Virus record (IMG/VR): IMGVR_UViG_3300036832_001810
Location: 1-63,568 of that record
Source: a virus
Taxonomy: Duplodnaviria > Caudoviricetes
Direction: 5' to 3' (one strand)
Length of the DNA stretch: 63,568 nt
The notes below the pieces were generated by a model. It ran no database searches. It had not been told where the DNA came from and was given only the letters and a program-made list of their open reading frames with translations. This document shows, in pieces, positions 39,740 to 48,983 of this stretch. The translations under genes and the position numbers were made by a program. The first letter of the stretch is position 1, and every line of letters starts with the position of its first letter.

Positions 39740-42700
39740 CGCGGCGGGTTGGGCCGGTTGTAGTAAGCCTGGCTGAACGGGTCCCAGGTGGGCTCGGGCT
39801 TGGGCACTGCGGGCACCAGGCTGTCCTTGTCCGGCGACAGCTTCATGCCCTCGGGCGCGATGTGCTTGGCGGCCTGCCCGGCGACTATGGTCTGGATGAT
39901 CTCCTTCCACTGACGCTCGTTCGCGGGCGACATATCTAACCCCGCCGCCTCGGCCATGCGCTCCATGCCGAGCAGCTCGACGGTCTTGCGCAGAGTGGGC
40001 ACCACGATGGTCTGGCCGACGAAGGGTACAGGCGTCAGCTCCTTCGCCGCCACTCCGATACCACGCAGAGTCTTGGCGGTGGGGCTTAGGTTCTTGTTGA
40101 TCAGCTCCCGCCCGGTGTAGTCCTGGTTGCTCGCCATGCGCGGCGCGGCGCGAAACCCAAAAGCCATCTTGTTGGCCATAAAACGCAAAGTGCCGACGGG
40201 GGCGCCATAGTCGTGGATATCCGTGCCCAGGGTCACGGCGTCGCCGGGCGCGCCTTTGAAGAACACGTTTTGGTAGATCTTGCGCCCCATCGAGTCTTCG
40301 CCCATGTAGACCTCAAACGGCCGGTCGGAGAACTGGTGGGTGTACATCAAGCTGGCCGCCTGCGTCGAGGCCAGGCCGTAGGCCGTCGCCTTGAGCCAGA
40401 AGGCGCGCTGCGCTCGCGCGGCCGGCGAACCGGCGAAGCGCTCGCGCATGGCTTGGGCGCCCGTGTAGCCGGCCTGGCGCGGGTCCCACATATTTTTGAC
40501 GCTCTGCACGTTGCTGTAGAGCCAGTCGGGGGCGAGAAACAGAAGGCGCGCGGTCTCCACGCTAGAGCGGTTCCAACCCAGGTTTTCCCAGTGCAGGCCG
40601 CCGTAGGTGGAGTTGACCTGGTGAGCGATGGAGCGCAGCGCCTGGGTGCGCTCGAAGGGCGTGGCGTTGGGGTTTTTGGCGAGCCAGGCGTCGCGCTTCA
40701 TGGCGTAATCGGCGACCTTGTACTGGCGCTGCACGCGGTCGAAGGTGAGCTTGGTGATGCCCTCGGCGAGCTGGTTGACCTGGCGCGGGCCGGGCACCTT
40801 GTTGATGATGTCGGTCCAGCTCGGCGTGGCGCTGGGGCGCAGGTTCTTGAAGGCCTCGTAAGTCTCGCCCTGCACCGAGGTGGTGCCGCCGTGCTTGATG
40901 AACTCCCGCTCGTCGGCCAGCGCCGTCGGGCTCCAATCGTTCCTGATGGCTTTGAGGAGCACCTGGGGAGCGCGGAAACCTGTGTTGGCGATGGCCATGT
41001 GGGTCTCCGCACCCAGGTGGAAGAGAGAGACCGACAGCTCGATGGCCTTGCTCTTGCGTTGCAGGTCGCGGATCTTCTGGGTAAGCTTGCTCGGGTAGTA
41101 GGGATCGGTTACCGGCTTCATAGCCTCGCCGATGAACTGGGGCACGTAGTAGCCGTAGTCGAGGGAATGCGCCACACCCGCCTGGTCGGTGTACGCGCCC
41201 GTCTTGTGGAAGAGCCGGGTATGCGGGGCGAGCACGTCCCAACCGCGCCCTATGCTGTCGCGGTTCGCCGCCCACTTGCCGATGCCGAGTTTGCCGAGCT
41301 GGTCGGCGAGCAGGCGCGTGGCGCGCGCGGTGGCGAATTTCTTGGCGTGGATGTTGAAGGCGTCGAACGCGTTCATGGTGCGCAGCTCGTTGCCGGCCGC
41401 GACCGCATCGAGCATGGTCGGGTAGTAGCGCTCCTGGCCGAACGCGAAGTTCTTGCCGATGTCGCCACTGGCGCGCGACTTGTCGGATAGCGGCAGGTCG
41501 CCTTCCTTGAAGAACATGTGCGGCACGTACTCGTGCGGGTCGATGGAGCTATCGAGGAAGCCGCGCGCCCGGCCCTCGGCGAGCGACTGGCTGGCGATGG
41601 CGGTGAGCGCCGTGTCGGCGCGCTGCATGGCGGGCGTGGGGTTGAGCGCGCGGTCGATCACCGGCTTGAGGTTGTTCAAAAACTTCTGCGTCTTGGCGAG
41701 CTGCGCCGGGTCGGTGGGCATGTTGGCGTGCGTGCCGTTGCGCCAGTCGAGCAGCTCCTGCGGCTTGTTGCGGAAGTCGCGCATCAAAGAGAGCGCTTCC
41801 TGGTCGAGCTTGTTGGGCAGGGTTTTGCGCAGCTCGTGGATCTGCTGGTTGACCGACGCCACCCAACTGTCGCGCTCGCTCGTGAAATACTGCAGGAACT
41901 GCTTGCCCGCCTCCTTCAATAGGGGCGGCGTGGTCGCCCGTTTGAGCGCGGCGAGCGCCTGCTGGCGCTGATCCCATACCTGTCTCGCCTCCTGCATCTG
42001 CGCGGTCACCTTGTCGAAGACCGGCTGCAGGGCGCCGAACAGGCTGCCCATGTAGGTGCTGCCTTGGGCAGTTGCCTCGGGCTCGGCTCCGGCTGGCGGC
42101 AGGTCCTCCACGTTCACGCCAGAGGTCGCCTCGGGGAGGGGCGGCGTGGGCGCCTCGGGGGTCGCTGGTGCCTCGGGGGTCGCTGGCGCCTCGGGGGCAG
42201 GAGCTTCGGCGGTGGCTTCCGGCTTAGGTGCCTCCGGCGCGGCAGCTTCCGGCGTCGCCGGCTCTTCGCCCAGGCTGGCATCCGAGAACTGGCGCAAGTC
42301 CGGTACCTGCACGATCCCCTTCTCGTCGAAGGCCCCCTGCTCGATCTGGTGTTTGATCGCCGCCTTGACCAGGTTGCCGTGCTCGCGCACGGATTTCTCG
42401 TCCAGGCCGGTGGCGTCCATCACAAATTTGAGATAACCCGCGTCGTTCTTACTGGGCGTTTTCTGCGCCGTGATGTACGCTGCCTTATCGATGTCGCTGT
42501 CGAACTGGGGAGTATAGCGGTCGGGGCCATAGCCGAAGCTGGGCTTGGCCCCACGCAAGTTCTTGGGCAGTTTGGGCAGCTCTTCCGGCTCGGGCGGCGC
42601 CATGGCCTCGCGCCCGGCCTTGAGGCGCTCGTTCTCGGCGCGCAGGGCTTCGAGCTGGGCGGCCGTGTCACTCGTTGCAGCAGGCGCTTCATTTGTTGCA

Positions 42701-44160
42701 GTCGCGGGCTCATTTGTTACAACAGCAGGTTCATTTGTTGCAGCGGGTGCTTCCGTCGTTGCAGCCGCTTCCGTGACAGGTGCAACCGTGCTCTTAGGCA
42801 CGACGACAATCTTGCTGTTGTCGCCTTCGCCGGTGAGGACCGTGGTCTGGTCCGGCCCCACCGGCTCGCCCGCGAACTGCGCCAGGTGGGGCGCATGCTC
42901 GCCCTCGACCACGGCGCCGTCGGCGGTCGTGGCGCGCACCTTGCCTTCGACCGGCGGCTCGGGCGCGGCTGGCTGAGCCGGTGTCGTCTGCTGGCCCGCC
43001 GCCGCCTGGGCGCGGGCTTCGAGCACCGGCGCGATCTTGGCCTTGAGCGCGGCCAGACCCTCGACTGAATAGTGCCCCGCGATCAGCCCGGTCAGGTCGC
43101 CAGCCAGGCTCGCGTACTCCTTGGGCAGGCCGAGCCGCGCGAGGCCCGCCTCGACCGCCTGTTGCGAGCCGACGCCGGTGGCCAGCGCCGTCGTGGTCAC
43201 GAGCGGCGCAGCCCCGAACGCGCCCAACATGAGTGGCGTGGCCACTCCCATGGCTCCCGCCGCCACGTCGTGAACGGCCCCGGCCGCCTGGCGCACGGCG
43301 GGCTCCTGCTGGGCCAGGTCGGCATAGCCGGTCTGATCGCCACCAGCGAGCTTAGCGAGCGCGCCCACCAGCTTCTTCTTGTCGGGGATGGTGGCCAGGC
43401 TTTCCACGCCCTGCGCCCCCTGGCCCACGCCTGCGCCCATGGTATGGATCAGCTTGTCGCCCAATTGGCTCATCAGACCGCCGCTCTCGGGCTGGGGCTG
43501 TTGCACCGACTGTTCCCAGGGCACAGGCAATGGCTTGATCGGCGCGGCCCCCGCCGGCAGCGGGCCGAGCTGCTCCATGCCGGGCACCACGCCGGGGATC
43601 GAGCCCACGCGCGGCGCCGGGGCGGCCGATTGCTGCGGCGGGGCCATCTCTTCCAGGTCCGAATCCTTGACCGAGGTGTCGTACTGCGGCCCCGAGGCGA
43701 CCTCTTCCAAGTCGTCGTCTTTGGGGCCGAGCGCGTTCAGGCGCTTCATGCCGCGCGCCACGTAGTTGCGCGTCTCCTTGTAAGGCACGCGCCCGTGCCA
43801 GGTGTCGAAGCGGGTCTCCCCCGCGTTATAGGCGGCCAGCACCTTCTGCGGATCGCCCCCGTATTTCTGGTTGAGGTACTGCAGGTAGCGCGTGCCGGCG
43901 TCGATGTTCTGCGCCGGGTCGCGCGGGTTGGTGGCGCCGTAGCTTTTGGCGGTGGCGGGCATGAGCTGCATCACGCCCATGGCGCCCTTGGGCGAGCGTG
44001 CACTGGGGTCGTAGTTGCTCTCGATCCCGGCCACGGTGTGGACCAGGGCCGGGTCTACGCCGTACTTGCTCGCGGCCTGGTCGAGCAGGGCCGGGATGTC
44101 GGGCTCGGGATCATCATTGAACGGCATTTTCTTTGCGGTGCCAGACGTTGCCGTTGGCAT
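39736..44160 (-). CDS. Large ejection (internal virion) protein with N-terminal lytic transglycosylase (SLT) domain; start may be 44127
   Basis: IESNY...A.SPKGAMGVMQLMP.TA, LAAYNAG, ETRNYV motifs; last gene of the ejection operon. Confidence 0.85.
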   Translation of the reverse strand: MPTATSGTAKKMPFNDDPEPDIPALLDQAASKYGVDPALVHTVAGIESNYDPSARSPKGAMGVMQLMPATAKSYGATNPRDPAQNIDAGTRYLQYLNQKYGGDPQKVLAAYNAGETRFDTWHGRVPYKETRNYVARGMKRLNALGPKDDDLEEVASGPQYDTSVKDSDLEEMAPPQQSAAPAPRVGSIPGVVPGMEQLGPLPAGAAPIKPLPVPWEQSVQQPQPESGGLMSQLGDKLIHTMGAGVGQGAQGVESLATIPDKKKLVGALAKLAGGDQTGYADLAQQEPAVRQAAGAVHDVAAGAMGVATPLMLGAFGAAPLVTTTALATGVGSQQAVEAGLARLGLPKEYASLAGDLTGLIAGHYSVEGLAALKAKIAPVLEARAQAAAGQQTTPAQPAAPEPPVEGKVRATTADGAVVEGEHAPHLAQFAGEPVGPDQTTVLTGEGDNSKIVVVPKSTVAPVTEAAATTEAPAATNEPAVVTNEPATATNEAPAATSDTAAQLEALRAENERLKAGREAMAPPEPEELPKLPKNLRGAKPSFGYGPDRYTPQFDSDIDKAAYITAQKTPSKNDAGYLKFVMDATGLDEKSVREHGNLVKAAIKHQIEQGAFDEKGIVQVPDLRQFSDASLGEEPATPEAAAPEAPKPEATAEAPAPEAPATPEAPATPEAPTPPLPEATSGVNVEDLPPAGAEPEATAQGSTYMGSLFGALQPVFDKVTAQMQEARQVWDQRQQALAALKRATTPPLLKEAGKQFLQYFTSERDSWVASVNQQIHELRKTLPNKLDQEALSLMRDFRNKPQELLDWRNGTHANMPTDPAQLAKTQKFLNNLKPVIDRALNPTPAMQRADTALTAIASQSLAEGRARGFLDSSIDPHEYVPHMFFKEGDLPLSDKSRASGDIGKNFAFGQERYYPTMLDAVAAGNELRTMNAFDAFNIHAKKFATARATRLLADQLGKLGIGKWAANRDSIGRGWDVLAPHTRLFHKTGAYTDQAGVAHSLDYGYYVPQFIGEAMKPVTDPYYPSKLTQKIRDLQRKSKAIELSVSLFHLGAETHMAIANTGFRAPQVLLKAIRNDWSPTALADEREFIKHGGTTSVQGETYEAFKNLRPSATPSWTDIINKVPGPRQVNQLAEGITKLTFDRVQRQYKVADYAMKRDAWLAKNPNATPFERTQALRSIAHQVNSTYGGLHWENLGWNRSSVETARLLFLAPDWLYSNVQSVKNMWDPRQAGYTGAQAMRERFAGSPAARAQRAFWLKATAYGLASTQAASLMYTHQFSDRPFEVYMGEDSMGRKIYQNVFFKGAPGDAVTLGTDIHDYGAPVGTLRFMANKMAFGFRAAPRMASNQDYTGRELINKNLSPTAKTLRGIGVAAKELTPVPFVGQTIVVPTLRKTVELLGMERMAEAAGLDMSPANERQWKEIIQTIVAGQAAKHIAPEGMKLSPDKDSLVPAVPKPEPTWDPFSQAYYNRPNPPR

Positions 44161-46309
44161 CCTTCCACCAGATGTCGCCGGTCACCTTGTTGCGGAGGGG
44201 CTGAGAGCCGGCCGGCCGCGTGGCCATCTGCGCCGGGACCAGCGGCACGCCCGGCGTGCCGGGCGCGGCCCACCCGGCGGGAGCTTTTGCCGGGGCTCCC
44301 GACCGCTGCGGAGGAGTTCCACCCGGCTGCGTAGGCTGTGGCTGCTGCGGTGCGGGCTGCTGTTGCGGCTGCGGCTGCGTGGCCTGCGGCTGCTTCGGCG
44401 CCGAAGTGGGCGCGGGCTTGAGCGCCGGGTTCTTGGCCATACCCTCGGCGGTGGGCTGGAAGTGCCGCCCGATCAGGGCGTTACTTACGTCCTTGGGCAC
44501 GATGGCGGCGCGGATACGGTTATGCACGCGCTCACGCTCGGCATCGCCGTTCGGGTTGGCGACGCCAAAGTGCGGATGATCTTTGTAGAGATCCGGGTCC
44601 ATGACGTGCTCGGCGGCGCGCTCCTTGGCGACCTGATAGAGCTGGGAAGGGGTCTTGATGTCGTTGCCGGCCGCATCCTTCACCGGCCATCCGTTGGCAT
44701 CGTAGTAAGTGTTGCCTACTTTGGCGACCTTGCCCAGCTCGTCGGTGATCATGGACAGGCCTGCCGTGCGCCGGTCGGCGTCGGTCCATTTGCGCTCGCC
44801 GCCGGGAGCAGCCGCCTTGTCGTCCACGCGCCGCTGGTGGGCGAGGGTCGCCGCCGCCACGCGCTGCTGGTTCTCGACGTTGTTTTTGTAGTCGAACAGG
44901 GCGCGCGCCACCTGGTCGCGATGGTCCTCTTTGACGGCCGCGAGGTCGGTGTCGAAGCTAGTCTTGTTGTCGAGGAAGTTCTGGCTGGCATTCACCACCT
45001 TCGGATCGTCGTCACTGAGCCCGGCGAGCGCGGCTTCGAGGTTCATGTGCTTCTGCCCGGCGGCGATGCTCTGCTTGGTGACCTGGTCTTGGACCTGGGT
45101 CTGGGCCTTCTGATAGCCATCGGCTTTCTTCTGGATGGTGTCGGTCACTTTATAGAGGTGCTGCAGGTTGGCGTTGCGCTCGGCCTGCTTCTGGCGCTCG
45201 GCGGTATTCATGATCGAGGCCGTCTCCGCGCCCACGCGCTGCTTGTAGGTCGCGAGCTTCTCGGCCAGCGAGGCCTGGGTGCGCAGCCGGGCTAGCTCCA
45301 ACTGGCGCATCTGCTCCTTCTGCTGGTCGGCCCAGGAGAGCGTGCCCACGGCGGCCTGGCCGGCGGCCTGGCCGAAGTAGTGCGACGGGCTCGCCGCCAG
45401 ACGCGCGCCCCACTCGATCAGGGCGCGCTGCCAGGTTGGCTTCGCCTTCAGCGCCTGGTCGTGCAGGTATTGGGACTGCTGGTCGTAGGCGCTGGTATCG
45501 GGGGCGCCGCCTGAAAGCCGCTCAGCCAGGTCGGTGTATTTGGCGACGTTCTCGGGCGAGGTCACATCCTCGGGCTTTTGAGCAACCAGGCCCTCGTAGC
45601 GGTCCTTTTCCTCCAGCTCGCTCGATACGTCGGGCGCCTGCGGCACGGCCGGCAGGGGCAGGTTGCGGCCGTAGACATCCTGGCCGCCCGCGCCAGGGGC
45701 GAAGGGCTGCATGGGCTGGAAGCGCGGATCGCTGTAGCGCACGGCGGGCACATTCTTGACCGAGTAGAGCTGGGCGAGCGCCTGGTCACGCGTGGGATTG
45801 CGCCGCATCGGCAGGTTGGCCAGATCCACATTGGCTAGATCCGCGTTGGCGCTGTCGCCGTCGTTACCGTCATTGCCGTCACTGCCGTCGCTGCCGTCGT
45901 CCGCATAGTCCTCGTCATCGTCGCCGACCGGGCCGCCGCGCGCCATCCGCCCCGGCATCCGTAGCTGGGCCGGAGGAGTGCCGGGCGCGGGGGAGCCCAG
46001 GCCGCCCGAGCCGCCGCCGGTGAGATTGACCGGCGGCATGCCGGGAGGCGTCGCCTGCGTGGGCACGGACCCCGGAGGAAGGCCGTGTGCTGGCGGCATG
46101 CGCGCTTGCAGGGAGCGGATCAGGTCCTGCGAGACCGAGGACTGCGGAGCCTGGGCCTGCGCGGCCCCCGAGCGCAGTTTCTGGCGGCGCGCAATCTCGG
46201 CAACCACGAGATAGGGCGGCACGACTCCGCTCGGGTTCTGCGCCTGCATGCCCAGCCACTGGTCGGGCATCTCTTTGAGATCGTTGGCGACCTGAATCAA
46301 GTCGGGCAT
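44114..46309 (-). CDS. Ejection (internal virion) protein
   Basis: N-terminal L..MPDQ.L...PPYLV..EI.RR motif, MARGG, amphipathic A/G segment; AAGGA RBS. Confidence 0.65.
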   Translation of the reverse strand: MPDLIQVANDLKEMPDQWLGMQAQNPSGVVPPYLVVAEIARRQKLRSGAAQAQAPQSSVSQDLIRSLQARMPPAHGLPPGSVPTQATPPGMPPVNLTGGGSGGLGSPAPGTPPAQLRMPGRMARGGPVGDDDEDYADDGSDGSDGNDGNDGDSANADLANVDLANLPMRRNPTRDQALAQLYSVKNVPAVRYSDPRFQPMQPFAPGAGGQDVYGRNLPLPAVPQAPDVSSELEEKDRYEGLVAQKPEDVTSPENVAKYTDLAERLSGGAPDTSAYDQQSQYLHDQALKAKPTWQRALIEWGARLAASPSHYFGQAAGQAAVGTLSWADQQKEQMRQLELARLRTQASLAEKLATYKQRVGAETASIMNTAERQKQAERNANLQHLYKVTDTIQKKADGYQKAQTQVQDQVTKQSIAAGQKHMNLEAALAGLSDDDPKVVNASQNFLDNKTSFDTDLAAVKEDHRDQVARALFDYKNNVENQQRVAAATLAHQRRVDDKAAAPGGERKWTDADRRTAGLSMITDELGKVAKVGNTYYDANGWPVKDAAGNDIKTPSQLYQVAKERAAEHVMDPDLYKDHPHFGVANPNGDAERERVHNRIRAAIVPKDVSNALIGRHFQPTAEGMAKNPALKPAPTSAPKQPQATQPQPQQQPAPQQPQPTQPGGTPPQRSGAPAKAPAGWAAPGTPGVPLVPAQMATRPAGSQPLRNKVTGDIWWKDANGNVWHRKENAVQ

Positions 46310-46318
46310 CGGGCTTCC

Positions 46319-48364
46319 TTACGCGGCCTTTTGAAACGCGGTCAGGCCGCTGGTGTAATTGGGGCGCTTGGGGCGCGGGGTCTTGAGGCCGCCGTCGATG
46401 GCCATCAGGCCGCCCTTCTTCGCGCCCCCGGCGAAGGCGCCCAAGCCGGCCGCCGCGCCGCCCACGATCATGTTGAAGACGTTGGGGCCGGGGGTGTTCT
46501 GGTACTGCACGCCCTGCTGGCTCGACTGCGTGCCGCCCTGCGCGGGCAGCTTGGTCGCGAGGTTGGCCAGCCAGTCGATGGACTGGTAGGGGAAGTTCTG
46601 CTGATACTGCCAGTATTGGTAGGCGCGGTTGGCGGCATCCTGGTCGTAGCCCTGCTGCATGCCCGCCGCCTGGCCCATCGCACCCGTGGCCGCCAGGTCG
46701 TTGCCGAAGCCCTGCTGCTGCCAGTTGCCGTAGAGCTGGTTCTGGTTACCCATGAAGTTCAGGTAGTTCAGGTTCATGCCCTGCTGCGCCTGCTGCGCCT
46801 GGTTCTGGGCGACCTGCGACTGCAGGTTGAGCCCGGCGCCGTACTGGTTGGCCTGCGACTGCATATTCTGCGCGTTCAGGCCCAGGTTCTGGGTCTGCAT
46901 GCCGCTCTGCAGGTTGCCCTGGTACTGCGTGCCGAGCGCGCCGTACATGCGCTGGAGCTGCGCCTGCTGCGCCTGCTGGTTGGCGAGCTGGGCCTGCATC
47001 TGTTGCCCCGCGTTAAAAGTCGAGCCCTGGAAGCCCAGGTTAGTGGCGTTCAAACCGGCCTGCAGGTTGGCCTGCTGGTTGAGTTGCTGCGCCTGCAGGT
47101 TCTGCGTGTTGTTGAACTCGCCGGTGTTGATACCCGCCTGCTGGTTGGCGAGCTGCTGGTTGTAGGCCATCTGCTGGTTCGAAATCTGCGCCTGCTGGCC
47201 GAGCGTGGCGCCGAGCTGCTGCGTGCCCAAAAGCGCCTGCAGGTTCTGGCCGCCCACGGTGAGCCCGGCCTGCTGGTTGGCGAGCGCCGCCTGCAGGTAG
47301 CTACTGGTGCCCAGGCCCTGGGTCGCGAGCGCGGCCTGCTGGTTGGCGAGCGCGGTCTGCATCTGCGCCTGCTGGTTGGCGAGGCCCGCCTGCATCCCGG
47401 TCTGCACGTTGAACTGCTGGCCCTGCAGGCCCAAGCCCTGCTCGGTATTGAACTGCTGCGTACCCTGCTGGTAGGCGCCCTGCAGGCCCTGCGCCTCGAT
47501 GTTCTGCAGTTGCAGGTTCTTGTTGCGTTCGGCTTCCGCATCCTGCACCGCCTGGCGCGTGCCGCCGAACGCGCCCGCCTGCGCCGCCTGGGCGTGCTGC
47601 TGGGTCTGCTGCGCCGCATAGTCGGCGTTGACGTTGGCCTTCTGCGCGTCGAGCACCTGCTGCGTGTAGGGCGACATGTACTGCTGCGCGGTGCCGGGCG
47701 CGGTCCACGATTGCGTGCCCACGGTGCCGGTCTGTACCGCCAGGGGCGCCGCCGCGATCTGGTAGCTCGACAGGCCGCCCGGCGCCTGTACCTGCTGCGG
47801 CCCGGCCATCTGGTAGTTCTGCAGGTTGGGGCCGGTGATCTGCGGCAGCCCCGAGATGCGGTCGTAGCTCACGCCCTGCGGGGCCTGCACCTGCTGCACC
47901 TGGGTCTGGTAGTCGCTGGCACTGCCGCCCACGCCCGTGCCCGGCTGCACCTGCATGCCGGGGCCGCCGCCGTTATAGCCGGCGAAGGGATCGGTCATCT
48001 GAAAACCGGGGACCTGGAACTGCTGCGGGGTGTAGTTGGGATTGAAGTTGATGGTGTTGGGGTTCGTGATCCCGGCCGAGGCCTGCTGCGCGAAGGCGTT
48101 GGCGTTGCCCATCACGCCCGAGAAGTTGGGCTGGCCGCTCGCCAGGCCGCCCGCCTGCGAGAGGTAGGCCAGCATGGCCGGCGACATGGGCGCGGTCAAC
48201 CCGGCGCCGCCGCCCGGATACTGCGGCGTGTCGAGGAAGTTGCCGCCCGGCCAGATCAGGCCGGTGCCCGCCCCCATGATCCCGCCCCAGTATTGCTGCT
48301 GCTGCGTGCTCGGGATATTCTGCGAAGTCGAATTACTGTTGCTGGTAGTGGTGGTGGTCGGCAC
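46319..48364 (-). CDS. Gln-rich ejection/DNA-pilot protein
   Basis: GTG 48364 after GAGGAG; YMSPY.QQV.D, GAFGG.R, ANQQA repeats, C-terminal G/A membrane-like segment. Confidence 0.75.
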   Translation of the reverse strand: MPTTTTTSNSNSTSQNIPSTQQQQYWGGIMGAGTGLIWPGGNFLDTPQYPGGGAGLTAPMSPAMLAYLSQAGGLASGQPNFSGVMGNANAFAQQASAGITNPNTINFNPNYTPQQFQVPGFQMTDPFAGYNGGGPGMQVQPGTGVGGSASDYQTQVQQVQAPQGVSYDRISGLPQITGPNLQNYQMAGPQQVQAPGGLSSYQIAAAPLAVQTGTVGTQSWTAPGTAQQYMSPYTQQVLDAQKANVNADYAAQQTQQHAQAAQAGAFGGTRQAVQDAEAERNKNLQLQNIEAQGLQGAYQQGTQQFNTEQGLGLQGQQFNVQTGMQAGLANQQAQMQTALANQQAALATQGLGTSSYLQAALANQQAGLTVGGQNLQALLGTQQLGATLGQQAQISNQQMAYNQQLANQQAGINTGEFNNTQNLQAQQLNQQANLQAGLNATNLGFQGSTFNAGQQMQAQLANQQAQQAQLQRMYGALGTQYQGNLQSGMQTQNLGLNAQNMQSQANQYGAGLNLQSQVAQNQAQQAQQGMNLNYLNFMGNQNQLYGNWQQQGFGNDLAATGAMGQAAGMQQGYDQDAANRAYQYWQYQQNFPYQSIDWLANLATKLPAQGGTQSSQQGVQYQNTPGPNVFNMIVGGAAAGLGAFAGGAKKGGLMAIDGGLKTPRPKRPNYTSGLTAFQKAA

Positions 48365-48809
48365 TGCCGGTCTCCTCGTTAGCCCACGTAACAGGCAGAC
48401 CGTAGTGGTGGCGGCGATACGTCCGCAGCCAGCCCATACGGCCAGTGACATTCATACGCGTGCAGCCGCTCGCTTGCGCGAACTGGCCGAGGTTGTGCGC
48501 GGCGGATTCCGCCCACGTTTCCACATGGCGGCCGACCAGGAGATCCACCTTGAGGAGTTTCCCCGTCGGCGTGGCCACAATTGTTGTCACGATAACACTG
48601 GAGAGGCGCGAGGGGAATAGGGGGTCGGGAGAGACCCATACGTCCTTGGTCCCGGCGAGCAGGGCGCAACGCAGGTTGGCAAGCGCCACGCCCTGGCGCG
48701 GATGGTTTTTCTTGAGCTGGAAGGCGGCCTCGACCTCGGGCCAGTGGAAATGAACCGCCCAGCGGTCGAGCCGGGACACGGTCGTCGAAGGAAGGGTGCG
48801 CGCTGCCAT
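48333..48809 (-). CDS. GNAT-like virion assembly protein preceding the ejection genes
   Basis: AAGGA RBS, ATG 48809; FA...GC..M.V.GR.GWLR motif. Confidence 0.65.
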   Translation of the reverse strand: MAARTLPSTTVSRLDRWAVHFHWPEVEAAFQLKKNHPRQGVALANLRCALLAGTKDVWVSPDPLFPSRLSSVIVTTIVATPTGKLLKVDLLVGRHVETWAESAAHNLGQFAQASGCTRMNVTGRMGWLRTYRRHHYGLPVTWANEETGSADHHHYQQQ

Positions 48810-48833
48810 CCGTCCTTCAGAGTACCGCCAGGA

Positions 48834-48895
48834 GCCAGCCGCCGCTAACACCCCATGACGAGAGAAAACGGCGGCCGGCGTAGGTTCGACCCTAC
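48834..48895 (-). ncRNA. Candidate structured sRNA / 5' leader with antisense loop
   Basis: Hairpin GUAGG/CCUAC, then 11-bp stem GCCGGCCGCCG/CGGCGGCUGGC with 24-nt loop; extended -10 TGtTACACT at 48910-48902. Confidence 0.55.
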
Positions 48896-48983
48896 GGCTT
48901 CAGTGTAACATGCGCGAATTACAAGAATTACTCGAAATACTTAGCTAACTCCTTACTCCCGGCTATGTTACCCCTGGGATACG

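Noticed and set aside
48831-48902. Plus-strand tRNA/tmRNA-like element (GGTTCGAC hairpin)
   Set aside because: The loop is 6 nt rather than a 7-nt T loop, there is no D or anticodon arm or CCA, and pairing is better on the minus strand.
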